From the NCBI GenBank assembly GCA_036338695.1, contig JAYZBQ010000004.1, positions 1 to 64,000 on the forward strand: 64,000 nucleotides of DNA, read 5' to 3'. The stretch is from Myxococcota bacterium (GTDB taxonomy: Bacteria; Myxococcota; UBA4151). Both the position numbers and the translations under genes were made by a program. Of the stretch, positions 45,088 through 55,405 are shown piece by piece. The notes beneath the pieces are model-generated. The model was given only the letters and a program-made list of their open reading frames with translations, made no database searches and was not told where the DNA came from. Every line of letters begins with the position of its first letter. Position 1 is the stretch's first letter.

Positions 45088-45567
45088 ATGGGCAAGGGTA
45101 AAGGGCAGCCGGATCGCACGTCATCGCCGAGCATCGTCAACCGGCGGGCGCGCCGCGACTACGAGGTCTTGGAGGAGCTAGAGGCAGGCTTGGTGCTGAT
45201 GGGCTCAGAGGTGAAGAGCATCCGCGCCGGGCGCTGCTCGATCGCCGAGGCCTACTGCGCCCTCGTGAGCAACGAGGTCTTCTTGATCGGGTGCCGGATC
45301 GAGCCCTGGCCTGGCGCCTCTCACTTTGGCCACGAGCCTGATCGCAGCCGCAAGCTGCTGCTGAGCAAGCGTGAGATCGATCGCTTGAGTAAAGCGGTTC
45401 ACGCCAAGGGGCGCACCATCGTGCCGCTGCGCATGTACTTCAACGCACGCGGGCTGGTGAAGCTCAAGATGGGCGTGGGGCGCGGTAAGTCCGACTATGA
45501 CAAGAGGCAGGACATCAAAAAGCGGGACATGGATCGGGACATCGCCCGGGTCATGCGTCGCGGCTAG
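45088..45567 (+). CDS. smpB: SsrA-binding protein
   Basis: NRRA..DY, EAGL.L.GSEVKSIR, R.RKLLL..EI, GK..YDKR. Confidence 0.97.
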   Translation: MGKGKGQPDRTSSPSIVNRRARRDYEVLEELEAGLVLMGSEVKSIRAGRCSIAEAYCALVSNEVFLIGCRIEPWPGASHFGHEPDRSRKLLLSKREIDRLSKAVHAKGRTIVPLRMYFNARGLVKLKMGVGRGKSDYDKRQDIKKRDMDRDIARVMRRG

Positions 45568-45648
45568 GCACCCCTTCCAAAAAGTCGACATTCTGCTGGC
45601 GCCGGCGGGCTCCGAGCGCGTAAAGCCCGCCCTGTGAGGGAGAGCGTG

Positions 45649-47448
45649 ATGAGCACATTGCTGGAGCAGGGTCGGAGTCACACCTGCGGTGAGCTGCGGT
45701 CCGAACATCTCGGTGCTGAGGTCGTGTTGATGGGCTGGGTTGGTGCCTGGCGAGACCTCGGTGGGCGCCGCTTTATTGACCTGCGCGATCGCTACGGTTT
45801 GACGCAGGTCACCTTCGGCGAAGAGCTCGATGCCGAGCTCTCAGCGCGCGGTAAAGCGCTGCGCAGCGAGTGGGTGATCGCCGTTCGAGGCGTGGTCGAG
45901 GACCGGGTGGCGAACGGCGGCTCGGTGAACGCGCAGCTCGAGACGGGCGCTGTCGAGGTGCGAGTCACCGAGTTAGAGGTCTTGAGTGAGTCGGAGACGC
46001 CCCCTTTCTTGATCGCTGACGAGGTCGACGCGCGTGAAGAGCTCCGGCTCAAGTATCGCTACCTCGACCTTCGGCGGAAGCCCTTGCAAGAGCACTTGGT
46101 CGCTCGCCATCGCTTTAATCAGGCGGTTCGGACCTACCTCGACAGCCACGGTTTTTTGGAGCTTGAGACCCCTTTCCTTGTGCGCTCGACCCCCGAAGGA
46201 GCGCGTGACTACGTGGTCCCGAGTCGCGTCCACGCGGGGACCTTCTTTGCGCTCCCGCAGAGCCCACAGATCTTCAAGCAGCTCTTCATGGTCGGAGGGT
46301 ACGATAAGTACTTTCAGATCACGCGCTGCTTTCGCGACGAGGACCTCCGGGCGGACCGTCAGCCCGAGTTCACTCAGGTCGACATGGAGATGAGCTTCCC
46401 GACCGAAGATCGGATCATGAACTTTGTCGAGGGGTTGATTCGGCACGTGTTTCGCGCCGTGATTGACGTCGAGCTCGACGAGACGCTGGAGCGGTTGACC
46501 TACGCCGAGGCGATGCGGCGCTTTGGGAAAGACGCGCCGGATCTTCGCTTTGGGATGGAGCTCGCTGAGCTCAACGACTTGGTGGCTGAGTCGGGCTTTA
46601 GTGTGTTTCGCTCGACGGTGGAGTCGGGTGGTCTGGTCAAGGCGCTGGCGCTGCCGGGCGGCGCCGAGCGTTCACGAAAGCAGATCGAGTCGCTGCAAGA
46701 CGTCACCAAGCCTTACGGCGCTAAGGGGTTGGCGTGGGCGAAGGTCAACGCGCAGGGCTGGCAAGGTGGGATCTCCAAGTTTTTCGACCCGTCCGAGCAG
46801 GCGGCGATCACCGAGCGCGCCGGCGCTCAAGAGGGCGACCTGCTCTTGTTCGTGGCGGACCGAGAGCAGGTCACCAACGCGGCGCTCGGGAATCTGCGGT
46901 TGCACTTGGGCGATGAGCTCGGCTTACGCCCCAAAGGGACGTTCAAGGCGCTCTGGATCACGGATTTTCCGATGTTTGATGAGGTGGAACTCGACGACGG
47001 CACGACGCGCTGGGTGGCGTGTCATCACCCGTTCACAGCGCCTCAAGCTGACTACGCGGTCAGCATGGAGACGGACCCCGGTCAGGCGCTCGCCCAAGCG
47101 TATGACCTGGTCATCAACGGTCATGAGATGGGCGGCGGGTCGATCCGTATCCATCAGCGCGAGGTCCAAGAGCGGATGTTCCGGGTCCTCGGGATGCCCG
47201 AGGAAGAGCAGCGTGAAAAGTTCGGCTTCTTACTCGACGCCTTCCGCTTTGGTCCTCCGCCACACGGCGGCCTCGCCCTTGGGGTGGATCGCTTGGTGAT
47301 GGAAATGGTCGGCGCCTCGAGCTTACGCGACGTGATCGCGTTCCCGAAGACCAACCGCGCCCAAGACGTGATGCTCGATGCCCCCGGCCGGATCGACGCA
47401 GAGCAGTTTGAGGAGCTCCACATCCGCCCGGTCGTCAAGGACGGCTAA
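45649..47448 (+). CDS. aspS: Aspartate--tRNA ligase
   Basis: RSH.CG, FIDLRD, RLKYRYLDLR, STPEGARD, ALPQSPQ, FRDED.R.DRQPEF, GGGSIRIH, PPHGG, IAFPK. Start 45634-45649. Confidence 0.98.
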   Translation: MSTLLEQGRSHTCGELRSEHLGAEVVLMGWVGAWRDLGGRRFIDLRDRYGLTQVTFGEELDAELSARGKALRSEWVIAVRGVVEDRVANGGSVNAQLETGAVEVRVTELEVLSESETPPFLIADEVDAREELRLKYRYLDLRRKPLQEHLVARHRFNQAVRTYLDSHGFLELETPFLVRSTPEGARDYVVPSRVHAGTFFALPQSPQIFKQLFMVGGYDKYFQITRCFRDEDLRADRQPEFTQVDMEMSFPTEDRIMNFVEGLIRHVFRAVIDVELDETLERLTYAEAMRRFGKDAPDLRFGMELAELNDLVAESGFSVFRSTVESGGLVKALALPGGAERSRKQIESLQDVTKPYGAKGLAWAKVNAQGWQGGISKFFDPSEQAAITERAGAQEGDLLLFVADREQVTNAALGNLRLHLGDELGLRPKGTFKALWITDFPMFDEVELDDGTTRWVACHHPFTAPQADYAVSMETDPGQALAQAYDLVINGHEMGGGSIRIHQREVQERMFRVLGMPEEEQREKFGFLLDAFRFGPPPHGGLALGVDRLVMEMVGASSLRDVIAFPKTNRAQDVMLDAPGRIDAEQFEELHIRPVVKDG

Positions 47449-48170
47449 GGCTGCTCGAGCGCCTTGAGCGCCTCAGAGCTGAGCGGTAACAGCTTGCCGG
47501 TGACCTTGCCGTCGATCAGCACCGCCATCCGGTGATCGCCTCCTTGGTGCAGGTAGATCCACTTCTCGACAGGCGGGGTGGCGCGCACGTCTCGAAAGAC
47601 CCGGTCAGGCGGGCACAGCGCCAGCTTAGCGGCGCCTGCGTCCATCTCGCTGACGAGTCGTCCTTGGGTGACCGCCGAGCGCGTCGCAGGGTTCAAGCCC
47701 GCAAGCCCCTTCGGCGGCTCATGTCCAAAGCGCTGATCCAGCCAGCTCAAAACCGCCTCGGCGTCGCCCAAGTGCTCAGGGATGACGAGGACTGCGCGGC
47801 TGCTGCCGCTGAGCAGGTGAAGCCAGGCGAGGTGTCGAGGGCTGCGCAGCGGGCGCATAACCCGCTCAAAGCGTGTCGGGAAGCTGATGCGGTCGATACG
47901 CCAGATCGAGCCTGGGTGGACGCGGTTGAGCTTGGCCTCCAAGGGCAGCGGCTCGCCCCGAGCGTTGAGCGCGAGGAAGCGGGCGCCCACGCGATGCGCG
48001 CTCACCAAATCGCGGGTCGGGTCGTCGAAAAAGGCGGATCGGTGCAGCGCGCACTGCGCATAGACCTTATGCCCGAGCAATTTGCCCTCGAGCTGGACCT
48101 GGAGGTCGGGCTTTGTCCCTTCGAGGGTAGCGCAGGAGGCGAAGACGAGGGATAAGGCGAGGGCTCTCAT
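47445..48170 (-). CDS. Hypothetical lipoprotein
   Basis: MRALALSLVFASC lipobox; C-terminal G.PD...EKWIY-type segment. Confidence 0.7.
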   Translation of the reverse strand: MRALALSLVFASCATLEGTKPDLQVQLEGKLLGHKVYAQCALHRSAFFDDPTRDLVSAHRVGARFLALNARGEPLPLEAKLNRVHPGSIWRIDRISFPTRFERVMRPLRSPRHLAWLHLLSGSSRAVLVIPEHLGDAEAVLSWLDQRFGHEPPKGLAGLNPATRSAVTQGRLVSEMDAGAAKLALCPPDRVFRDVRATPPVEKWIYLHQGGDHRMAVLIDGKVTGKLLPLSSEALKALEQP

Positions 48171-48222
48171 AGCGCACTGGTAGGCCGGAGCCGTGAGGAC
48201 AGCAAGCCCTGAAAGGACGTTG

Positions 48223-48951
48223 ATGAGCGTGTTCTTTGAGAAGTGGGAGGGCTTGGGCAATCACTTTGTCGTGCTCGAGTCGTTGCCTGAGGACACCACC
48301 GTTCAAGAGCTTTGCGACGCACGGCGAGGGGTCGGCGCCGACGGCGTCCTGCTCTTGGATCGCTCGCCGCCGAGCATGACGATTTTCAACGCAGACGGTT
48401 CGCGTGCCGCCATGTGCGGGAACGGGCTACGCTGCGCGGCGCGCTGGTTCGCCGCGCGAGGCGTGGGGTTAGATGGTGGGATCGCCACCGACAGCGGGAC
48501 CTTGCGCGTGGGCGAGGTCGGCGAAGGCGTGGCGGTGGAGGTCGGCCGGGCGAAGCGGGTAGGAGCAGGTCAGTTTATGGGGTTTCGCTATGTCTCGGTC
48601 GACATCGGCAACCCGCATGCCGTCTTTCTCGACCCCGCTGCGTCTTTTGATCTCGAGTCGGTTGGAGCGGCGATGCAAACGCACCCAGACTTCCCCGATG
48701 GAGTGAATGTCCACGAGGTGCGTTCGGGCGCTTCGGCGCTGATCGTCGTACCGTTTGAGCGCGGGGTGGGCTTGACCCAAGCGTGCGGGACCGGGGCAGC
48801 AGCGAGCGCTTATGCCGCGCATCAGGAGCTCGGGCGCCCCTGGCCGATGATGACCGAGCTGCCCGGTGGTTTGCTCTCGTTCGACCCTGGCGACGACGGC
48901 GTGCTGTGGATGCGCGGCCCCGCTCGAAAGGTCTTTACGGGGACGTGGTGA
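48223..48951 (+). CDS. dapF: Diaminopimelate epimerase
   Basis: GLGN.F, G.GADG, NADGS.A.MCGNG.RC, GNPH, ERG.G.T.ACGTG, PGG.L. Confidence 0.95.
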   Translation: MSVFFEKWEGLGNHFVVLESLPEDTTVQELCDARRGVGADGVLLLDRSPPSMTIFNADGSRAAMCGNGLRCAARWFAARGVGLDGGIATDSGTLRVGEVGEGVAVEVGRAKRVGAGQFMGFRYVSVDIGNPHAVFLDPAASFDLESVGAAMQTHPDFPDGVNVHEVRSGASALIVVPFERGVGLTQACGTGAAASAYAAHQELGRPWPMMTELPGGLLSFDPGDDGVLWMRGPARKVFTGTW

Positions 48952-49642
48952 CGCTCGGCGCTGCTTTCAAGCCGAGCTTCTCGAGTAGCTTCTTGTTGTA
49001 GGCGCGCGCCCACCGCTTCCGCTCCTTCTTTGCCATGGCTCGGGCTTTGCCGAGCGGGCGCGCCGCAGCCCCTGTTTGGTTGACCCCATAGACCGCCAGC
49101 CCTCCACCTGCGAGCGCGCCCACAAGCAAGCCGTAGATCGGCCGCATCATGTTGGAGCTGTTGCAGCTGTCGTATGCGGCGCGCGCATCGTCGCTGATGC
49201 TCGGCCGCCGGCCGCAGTCGGTGTCCGGTAGGATATAGGCTGTCAGGGGTCCAGCGAGCAGCGCCGCCCCGGCGTAGCGGAACCAGCGAGACGCCTGCTG
49301 CACGGCTTGGTAGTGTTTGGTCGGGTTCTCAACATCCTCAGCGATCCCAGCGCGCTGAAGCTCGGGGAGGTAATCCCTCAATGCGTAGTAGCTCCCGTCT
49401 TGAGCAAGCAGCGAGTGGTCACTGTATCGTCTGGTGCTCGAGGACAAACGTCCGCGCATCACGACGGTGGTGGTTTTGGATGCGAGGCTAAAGGCGTGCT
49501 GCTCGAACTGCTCTCGACGCGCCTCAAGGTCACCGGCGGGCTTGAGCTCCGCCATGGAGCGCGGCGGGTTCGGTGTGTGTTTGATAGGTACGCCTGCGCA
49601 CGCGGTGGTGAGCAATGTGAGTCCAAAGATGGCGTATCTCAT
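48935..49642 (-). CDS. Hypothetical lipoprotein with two further hydrophobic segments
   Basis: Lipobox TTAC; two Gly/Ala-rich hydrophobic helices flanking a Cys-bounded loop. Confidence 0.7.
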   Translation of the reverse strand: MRYAIFGLTLLTTACAGVPIKHTPNPPRSMAELKPAGDLEARREQFEQHAFSLASKTTTVVMRGRLSSSTRRYSDHSLLAQDGSYYALRDYLPELQRAGIAEDVENPTKHYQAVQQASRWFRYAGAALLAGPLTAYILPDTDCGRRPSISDDARAAYDSCNSSNMMRPIYGLLVGALAGGGLAVYGVNQTGAAARPLGKARAMAKKERKRWARAYNKKLLEKLGLKAAPSVTTSP

Positions 49643-49670
49643 GGGCACCCCCCCAGCGATTTAGCGCTGG

Positions 49671-51533
49671 TCATCTGGATGATTTGGGATCCGTTGGCAA
49701 GATGGCGCAGCAGCGCGTGCCGCCCTCAGGCCGCCGCGTCACCTCCAGCCGTCCGCCTTGATCCGCCAGCACCTCCATCGCAAGAGCCAAACCCAAACCG
49801 GTTCCGGTCGGCCTGCCGTCGATGAACGCTTGCCCTAAGCGCTCAAGCACGGTCTCGGAGATCCCTGGTCCGTTGTCGTCGATCAAGAGGGTGACGGCGT
49901 CTTGCGCGACCTCAGCGTGAAGGTGGACCGAGCCGCTGCGCTCATCGACCGCCTGCAAGGCATTCTGGACCAGGTTGATGAGGACGCCACGCAGCCCGTC
50001 TGGGTCGATCCAAGCCGACAGGTCGTCATCGACCGCAAAGCTGAGGCGGTCATCGTTCAAGAAGCGAATCAGATCCCCGACGAGCGGAGCGAGCAGCGTG
50101 TCTTGGGGCTTGGGGTCAGGCAGGCGCGCCATCTGCAGATAGGCTTGCGTCACACGCTCAAGGCGCGCCGCCTCGGAGCGGATCTGATCGAGCCAGCCTT
50201 CCGGGTCGGATTGCTCAGGGAGATCGTCGCTGAGCATGCGCGCCGCCAAACCGATCGTGGACAACGGGTTGCGGACTTCGTGGACGACCTGGGCGGCGAG
50301 ACGACCGGTCGCCGCAAGCCGCTCGTGGCGACGCAGCGCCAGCTCCGCATCAAAGCGTCGTGTCACCTCTTCGATCACGAGGATGGCGCCTCGGATCGGG
50401 GGAGCCAGCCGGCTGCTGTCGCGGTCTTGCAAGCTGCTCAGGTGCACCGCCACGCGGCGCGCCTCGCCAAAACTGAGCTCGTTGGCATAGGTCCTGTCGG
50501 CGATCGAGAGCACCTCACCGAGCGCCCCTGGGTCGTCGATGAGCGGCGCCGCCGGGGTTTGGCTGAGCGCTTTGCCAAGGAAGGCGTCCGGGTTGGCGGC
50601 GAAGAGTCGGCGGCAGCTTTGGTTGATGCGCGTGACGCGCCCTTGGGGGTCGAGCACGACGAGCGCCTGTGGCACGCTCTCGATCAAGTTGACGATCTCG
50701 CTCTGCGCCTGCCGGAGGCGGCTGCGCTCGTCTTTGAGCGACTGCTCTCTGCCTTGGACCGTCTCCGCCATACGCTGGACGGCGCGCAGCGTGGCGCCGA
50801 CCTCGTCGTTACCCGCTTGAAGCTGGGGAACGGGCTGTCCCGCCTCGACACGCGCCACCGCTGATCGGAGGTGTTCGAGGCTGCGCAGCGGCGCAATTAA
50901 GGTCAGCGTTAAGATGAGCACGCCGATGGCGCCTAAGGCAGCTAAACCGATGAGCCACTGGACCTCGCGAGCGCCCGAGAGCGCCGCCTCGCGTGAGCGG
51001 GTTTTGATCTCGGCGCGCGCCAGCACGAGCACCAGCCGGAGCTCACGGTCGATGTCGACGAGCGCTTCGACAAAGTTTGAGCGTTCCGTCAGCGTGCTCA
51101 GGTCGTTCAGACGTTTGAGCGACAGGTCGAGGTGCCGGCGAGGGACAGATTGCCGGATATCGGGGCGGTTTTTGGCGAGGTCGCTCAGCGCGATCAGGGC
51201 GCGCCGTCTCGCCTCAAAGCTGCCGCGAAAGGTCTCGATCTCGTCGCTGAGGTCGCGCTCGGGATCGACCTGGTCGATGTAGGTGCGTGTCCCCGCAATG
51301 AGCGAGCGCAATTCACCGATCTCAGCCACCAGCGGGAGCAGCACGGCGCCGTTGACCTCGAGCGCTGTGGTCGTGTTGTGGATGCGAAACGCGGCGATAC
51401 CCGTTACAGTACCGGTGACCAAAATGAGGAGCGCGTAGGCGAGGACGAGTCGTCGAAGGATGCTGAACGATCGGCTGTTTGTCGGTCTATGTGCCAATTG
51501 ACCTGCCCTAGACTGCGTGATAGCGGCTCGCAC
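49671..51533 (-). CDS. Membrane sensor histidine kinase (HAMP-PAS-HisKA-HATPase)
   Basis: 2 TM; NDEVG; H-box VHEVRNPL; N-box NLVQNA; DNGPG; GTGLGL. Start uncertain. Confidence 0.9.
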   Translation of the reverse strand: MRAAITQSRAGQLAHRPTNSRSFSILRRLVLAYALLILVTGTVTGIAAFRIHNTTTALEVNGAVLLPLVAEIGELRSLIAGTRTYIDQVDPERDLSDEIETFRGSFEARRRALIALSDLAKNRPDIRQSVPRRHLDLSLKRLNDLSTLTERSNFVEALVDIDRELRLVLVLARAEIKTRSREAALSGAREVQWLIGLAALGAIGVLILTLTLIAPLRSLEHLRSAVARVEAGQPVPQLQAGNDEVGATLRAVQRMAETVQGREQSLKDERSRLRQAQSEIVNLIESVPQALVVLDPQGRVTRINQSCRRLFAANPDAFLGKALSQTPAAPLIDDPGALGEVLSIADRTYANELSFGEARRVAVHLSSLQDRDSSRLAPPIRGAILVIEEVTRRFDAELALRRHERLAATGRLAAQVVHEVRNPLSTIGLAARMLSDDLPEQSDPEGWLDQIRSEAARLERVTQAYLQMARLPDPKPQDTLLAPLVGDLIRFLNDDRLSFAVDDDLSAWIDPDGLRGVLINLVQNALQAVDERSGSVHLHAEVAQDAVTLLIDDNGPGISETVLERLGQAFIDGRPTGTGLGLALAMEVLADQGGRLEVTRRPEGGTRCCAILPTDPKSSR

Positions 51534-51591
51534 CCTTGAGCCGTATACCCATTCCCCACCCTCGGGGAAAGGTCACTTGAACGGAGCTTTT

Positions 51592-53352
51592 GTGATTCGT
51601 AAATGTCTGATTTTTGCTCTGGTCGCAGGGCTGATCCCGAGCGCAGCGAGCGCCGAGGATGACGACTTTTTGTCGGACGCCGTGGTGGAGTCAGAAGAGG
51701 AAAAGAAGCCGAAAAAGCCACTCTTTTTGATCCCACTGCAGCCGGTCTGGAAGACGATTGAGCCTGCAAAAATTGATGATGCGGTCAAGAACATCGCGTC
51801 GGAGCTAGGCGACTCGGCGGGCTTTGCGGTCGAGCAGTACAACCCGCGCCTAGGGAGCGCGCGGTTCGATGACCCTGAGCCGCGGCTCAAGAAGCGCTGG
51901 GAGAAAGAGATCCGGGTCGCTGAGAACAACACGCGCAAGCGTCGCTTCTCGCAGGCGATCAAGAGCGCAGGGCGGGTCGTGCGGCAGGTCATGCAGAACC
52001 CTGAGCATCTCCGCGATGCGCGGCTCTACTGCCGCTCGATGATCCTCGTCGCCGAAGGCGAGCTGCGCCGGGGGCGGCGCAACAAAACCATGAGCATCCT
52101 CGACATCGTCGCCTCGTCCTGCGCCGAGCTGTTTGATGGCAAGGGCGCAGCTGAGCTCTCGGACGCCTTTAGCGATCTGCTCGCCGACGCGGTCGCCGAG
52201 GTGCGCCGTCGCAGCGCCGGCTCCTTGGTGGTGCAAGCGGATGAGCCCGGCGCCACCGTTTTTCTCAACGGGGTCTCTCTGGGGCCGGCGCCGCTGATCA
52301 TCCGGAACCTACCGCCCGCCAAGCACCTGCTGGCGGTCGTCAAGGCGGGCCATAAGCCGTTTGGCAAGGTGGTCAAGGTGGGTAGCGATGAGGTCCGCGT
52401 TCAGGCTCGTTTGACCAAGCCCTTAGGGGGAGGAAAGACCGGGCGTATCTTTACGGAGATGCGCGACAACCGAGTCAGCCCCGACGCCATTTCGCTGGCG
52501 GCTGAGCTGCTCCGAAAGCACGGCGGGAAATCCACTGTGGCGCTGCTCGGTGGCATCGCCAAGGTGGACGCGGTGATCAAGGTGAGCATGATCGCCGTGG
52601 ATCGCAAAGGTCAGGCGGTTCGCCTTAAGTCGATGAGCATCGACGAAGACTTTCTGGGGCTTGCGCCGGAGATGCTCGGCTTCAACGAGAAGCTGATCAA
52701 GCTTGCGGCGTCGTTTGTCGGTGGAAAATTCAAGGGTGGTACGCTGATCGAGGGGCTCAAGGCGCCGCAGCAAGAGGCTCAACCGGTCAAGTGGGCAAGC
52801 CTGGCGCTCGGTGGGAAGCGCAAGAGCCTGGCGCAACAGGGTAACGCGCGCGGACCGCTCAAGCGCGGCGAGCGGGCGAAGCCTCGGCGCCGCGCCGAGA
52901 AGCCCAAAATGAACCTCGAGGGTGCTTCGGAGCGCTCGAACCGGCGCGACCGAGAGGACGCCACCGAGCGGCGCGAGGAGCGCGTGGACAGGCGCCGGGC
53001 GGAGCGCGCCAGCCGGCGCGCCGATCGGGGCGCTAAGGATCCTGCGCCGCGCCCGCGGCGGCGAGCCTCGAGCGCGCGTAGCGACGATGAGAAGCCTCGG
53101 ACCCGCAAACGCCGTGATCGGTCCCGCTCGAGGGGGCGCACTCAGGCGAGGGCGCAGATTGATGAATGGGGTGTGAGCAGCAAGCCACGCCGCTTGCGCA
53201 AGCGCACGCGCAGTCAGGTCAACTGGCCGCTGATTACCGGCGCTTCGCTGGTGGGCGCGGGGGTGATCGGTGGCGGTGTTGCCCTCTGGTACAGCCTGGC
53301 TGCCACCCCGTCTGCGGTCAACGCCTCGGTGACATGGAGTACCCCCGAATGA
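51592..53352 (+). CDS. Secreted PEGA-domain protein with Arg-rich linker and C-terminal hydrophobic helix
   Basis: GGAG then GTG; signal peptide; PLQPVW, LYCRS, PEGA and RDNRV shared with 7058..9298. Confidence 0.82.
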   Translation: MIRKCLIFALVAGLIPSAASAEDDDFLSDAVVESEEEKKPKKPLFLIPLQPVWKTIEPAKIDDAVKNIASELGDSAGFAVEQYNPRLGSARFDDPEPRLKKRWEKEIRVAENNTRKRRFSQAIKSAGRVVRQVMQNPEHLRDARLYCRSMILVAEGELRRGRRNKTMSILDIVASSCAELFDGKGAAELSDAFSDLLADAVAEVRRRSAGSLVVQADEPGATVFLNGVSLGPAPLIIRNLPPAKHLLAVVKAGHKPFGKVVKVGSDEVRVQARLTKPLGGGKTGRIFTEMRDNRVSPDAISLAAELLRKHGGKSTVALLGGIAKVDAVIKVSMIAVDRKGQAVRLKSMSIDEDFLGLAPEMLGFNEKLIKLAASFVGGKFKGGTLIEGLKAPQQEAQPVKWASLALGGKRKSLAQQGNARGPLKRGERAKPRRRAEKPKMNLEGASERSNRRDREDATERREERVDRRRAERASRRADRGAKDPAPRPRRRASSARSDDEKPRTRKRRDRSRSRGRTQARAQIDEWGVSSKPRRLRKRTRSQVNWPLITGASLVGAGVIGGGVALWYSLAATPSAVNASVTWSTPE

Positions 53353-55310
53353 AACGCATCTGGTCAATGATGGCTCTCGCCGGCGGGGTCGCTTCGTGCA
53401 GCCCCACGGTGGATCTCAAGGTCGAAGGCGCCTTTATGTGCGTCAACCGTGACTACCACCGCTCGGTGAGCACCGTGAAAGTGCAGATTGTGGACCCGAC
53501 AGGGCGCAACCCCGACCTCGCCGATGGACAACGCAGCGTCGCCGGTACGTTCGTCGAGGGCGGGCTGAGTCTTCCAGCGATTCCGGTCTACACCGACGAG
53601 GCGGGTAATCTCGATTCGGCGATGCAGGTGCGCTGGTACGGGTCGCGCTCGAGCAATGTCGACTTCGCCCCTGAGGACCTGGTGGGTTACGGCTCGACCG
53701 CCCACATCTGGCACACCAACGATCTCCAGCCGGACGGTACGGTCTATGTGCCGCTGCTCGAGACAGGGCGCTTTAGCCCGACGACGGATCTGGCGCAGAG
53801 CGCAGCGGGTGGAAGCGGTCAAGATATCTGCACGCAGATGATCACCGGGCGCTTCGGTCACACGGCGACCTACATCCCAGCCATTGGGAAGGTGTTGATC
53901 GTCGGTGGACGCGGTGTCTGTCAAAGCGGCGAGCGCTGCGTGACGCCCTCAGGCGAGAGCCGCGGCATTCGAGACATCGCCGACGCGGAGCTCTTCGACC
54001 CAGCGACGGGGACCTACATCCCGCTCCCGGCGCCGCCGGCTGGCGGTCGAGCCTTCCACAGCGCCACCTTGATCGGGGACGACACGGTGCTGATCGCGGG
54101 GGGGCGAGTCTTTACGGATGCTAACGGCGCAGAAGACGTTCTCGGGACCGCCTTTTTGTTCAGCACGCAGGGGTACACTCGCTGGCTGAGCGATACGTCT
54201 CAGCGGCCTTGGTCTGACGTGATGAATATGGGGCCGGGCAACGCCTACCGACGGGCAGACCACGCCGCGGTCAGCGTGGACAGCCGCCGCGCCGTCTTGG
54301 TGGGCGGTGTGAGCGATGTGCGGACTGACGCAGGCGGCTACCCGAACCTTCGCCTTGAGATCGTTCAGCTCACCAACACCTTGCCTGGCGTGATCGTCTT
54401 CGACCTCGACAGCGACCGACAGACAGGCGCCTTCAAGGCGGTGGGGACGCCGCTCCAAAAGCCGCGCGCCGGCGCTCGCCTCGCGCTGCGAAACAGCGGT
54501 AATGGTCCGGAGATTATGGTCGTAGGCGGTTATGACGCAGGCAACGCCGTTGGCGCCATCGAGATCATCAAAAACCTCAACGGGGCGACCGACCAGATTC
54601 AGGTCGACAGCTTCGGTAACCTTCAGCCGGCTGTCTTTGGGCACACCGCCACCGTGGTGGCGGATAAGCTGGTCGTCTACGGCGGACTGACCCGCTTTCC
54701 GGACCTGAGCTCCGACCCGAGCGTCAACTGCACCCAGCCGGGCACCAACGCCTTTTGCTACCTTGAGCATCTGCGCCTCCGCTTCCCCTCGGCGGCGGAT
54801 GGCGACTCCTTCACGAACCTCGACGCAGCGTTCGCTGAGGAGGTGCAGGTCATGACGCTAGCGCTCGACCAAGCGAACGTGGTCAACGCCACCCGCGGGG
54901 ATGAGCAGAACGAGTTTTACGACAAGAACATGCTGCGCGGCCGCCTCTGGCATGAAGCGGCCGCCGTCCGTGGTAACGCGCTGGTGGTCGTCGGTGGTCT
55001 CGCCAAGGCTGTCCTTGGGGATCGACCGTCGACGATCACGCTCGACCGGGGTGGCGCCGCCGAGCTGTGCTTGGTGGGACAGAACACGGTGTGCAATGTG
55101 CCGACTCGGCTGGTTGGCGGAAGCCAGCGCAAGCGCTTTAGTTTGCAAGGAAGCGACTCGGGGCGCGCCGAGTTTCAGCTGACCTCGCTGCCCGGCGACG
55201 TCTTGCTCGTAACGGGCGGTCGGATCGGAGACAGCGGCGCACAGCAAGGTGAATCGATGCAGGCTGCTACGAGCACCTCGCAGCTGGGGGTCGCTCCCTT
55301 CGTACGCTAG
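53349..55310 (+). CDS. Kelch-repeat beta-propeller lipoprotein
   Basis: ATGA overlap; lipobox VASC; R.GHTAT..KVLIVGG, RAFHSATL..VLIAGG, AELFDP, LLVTGG. Confidence 0.85.
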   Translation: MKRIWSMMALAGGVASCSPTVDLKVEGAFMCVNRDYHRSVSTVKVQIVDPTGRNPDLADGQRSVAGTFVEGGLSLPAIPVYTDEAGNLDSAMQVRWYGSRSSNVDFAPEDLVGYGSTAHIWHTNDLQPDGTVYVPLLETGRFSPTTDLAQSAAGGSGQDICTQMITGRFGHTATYIPAIGKVLIVGGRGVCQSGERCVTPSGESRGIRDIADAELFDPATGTYIPLPAPPAGGRAFHSATLIGDDTVLIAGGRVFTDANGAEDVLGTAFLFSTQGYTRWLSDTSQRPWSDVMNMGPGNAYRRADHAAVSVDSRRAVLVGGVSDVRTDAGGYPNLRLEIVQLTNTLPGVIVFDLDSDRQTGAFKAVGTPLQKPRAGARLALRNSGNGPEIMVVGGYDAGNAVGAIEIIKNLNGATDQIQVDSFGNLQPAVFGHTATVVADKLVVYGGLTRFPDLSSDPSVNCTQPGTNAFCYLEHLRLRFPSAADGDSFTNLDAAFAEEVQVMTLALDQANVVNATRGDEQNEFYDKNMLRGRLWHEAAAVRGNALVVVGGLAKAVLGDRPSTITLDRGGAAELCLVGQNTVCNVPTRLVGGSQRKRFSLQGSDSGRAEFQLTSLPGDVLLVTGGRIGDSGAQQGESMQAATSTSQLGVAPFVR

Positions 55311-55405
55311 GCTCTGCCTTTGCTGCGCGAAAGTTGGCAGCGGGGGCCTTCCTCAGCTAGGGTACAGCGCAAGAAGGCCCGGTTGATTGGGGCCTTGGAG
55401 ACCCT

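Noticed and set aside
45568..45648. tmRNA or tRNA next to smpB
   Set aside because: The gap is too short. It holds only a GC hairpin (GGCGGGCT/AGCCCGCC) without a U-tract or tRNA-like ends.
2626..47448. Repeated tail-to-tail stop overlaps or near-zero gaps (2626/2628, 13906/13907, 16760, 30634, 33972, 47445)
   Set aside because: A common feature of compact genomes; no specific system implied.
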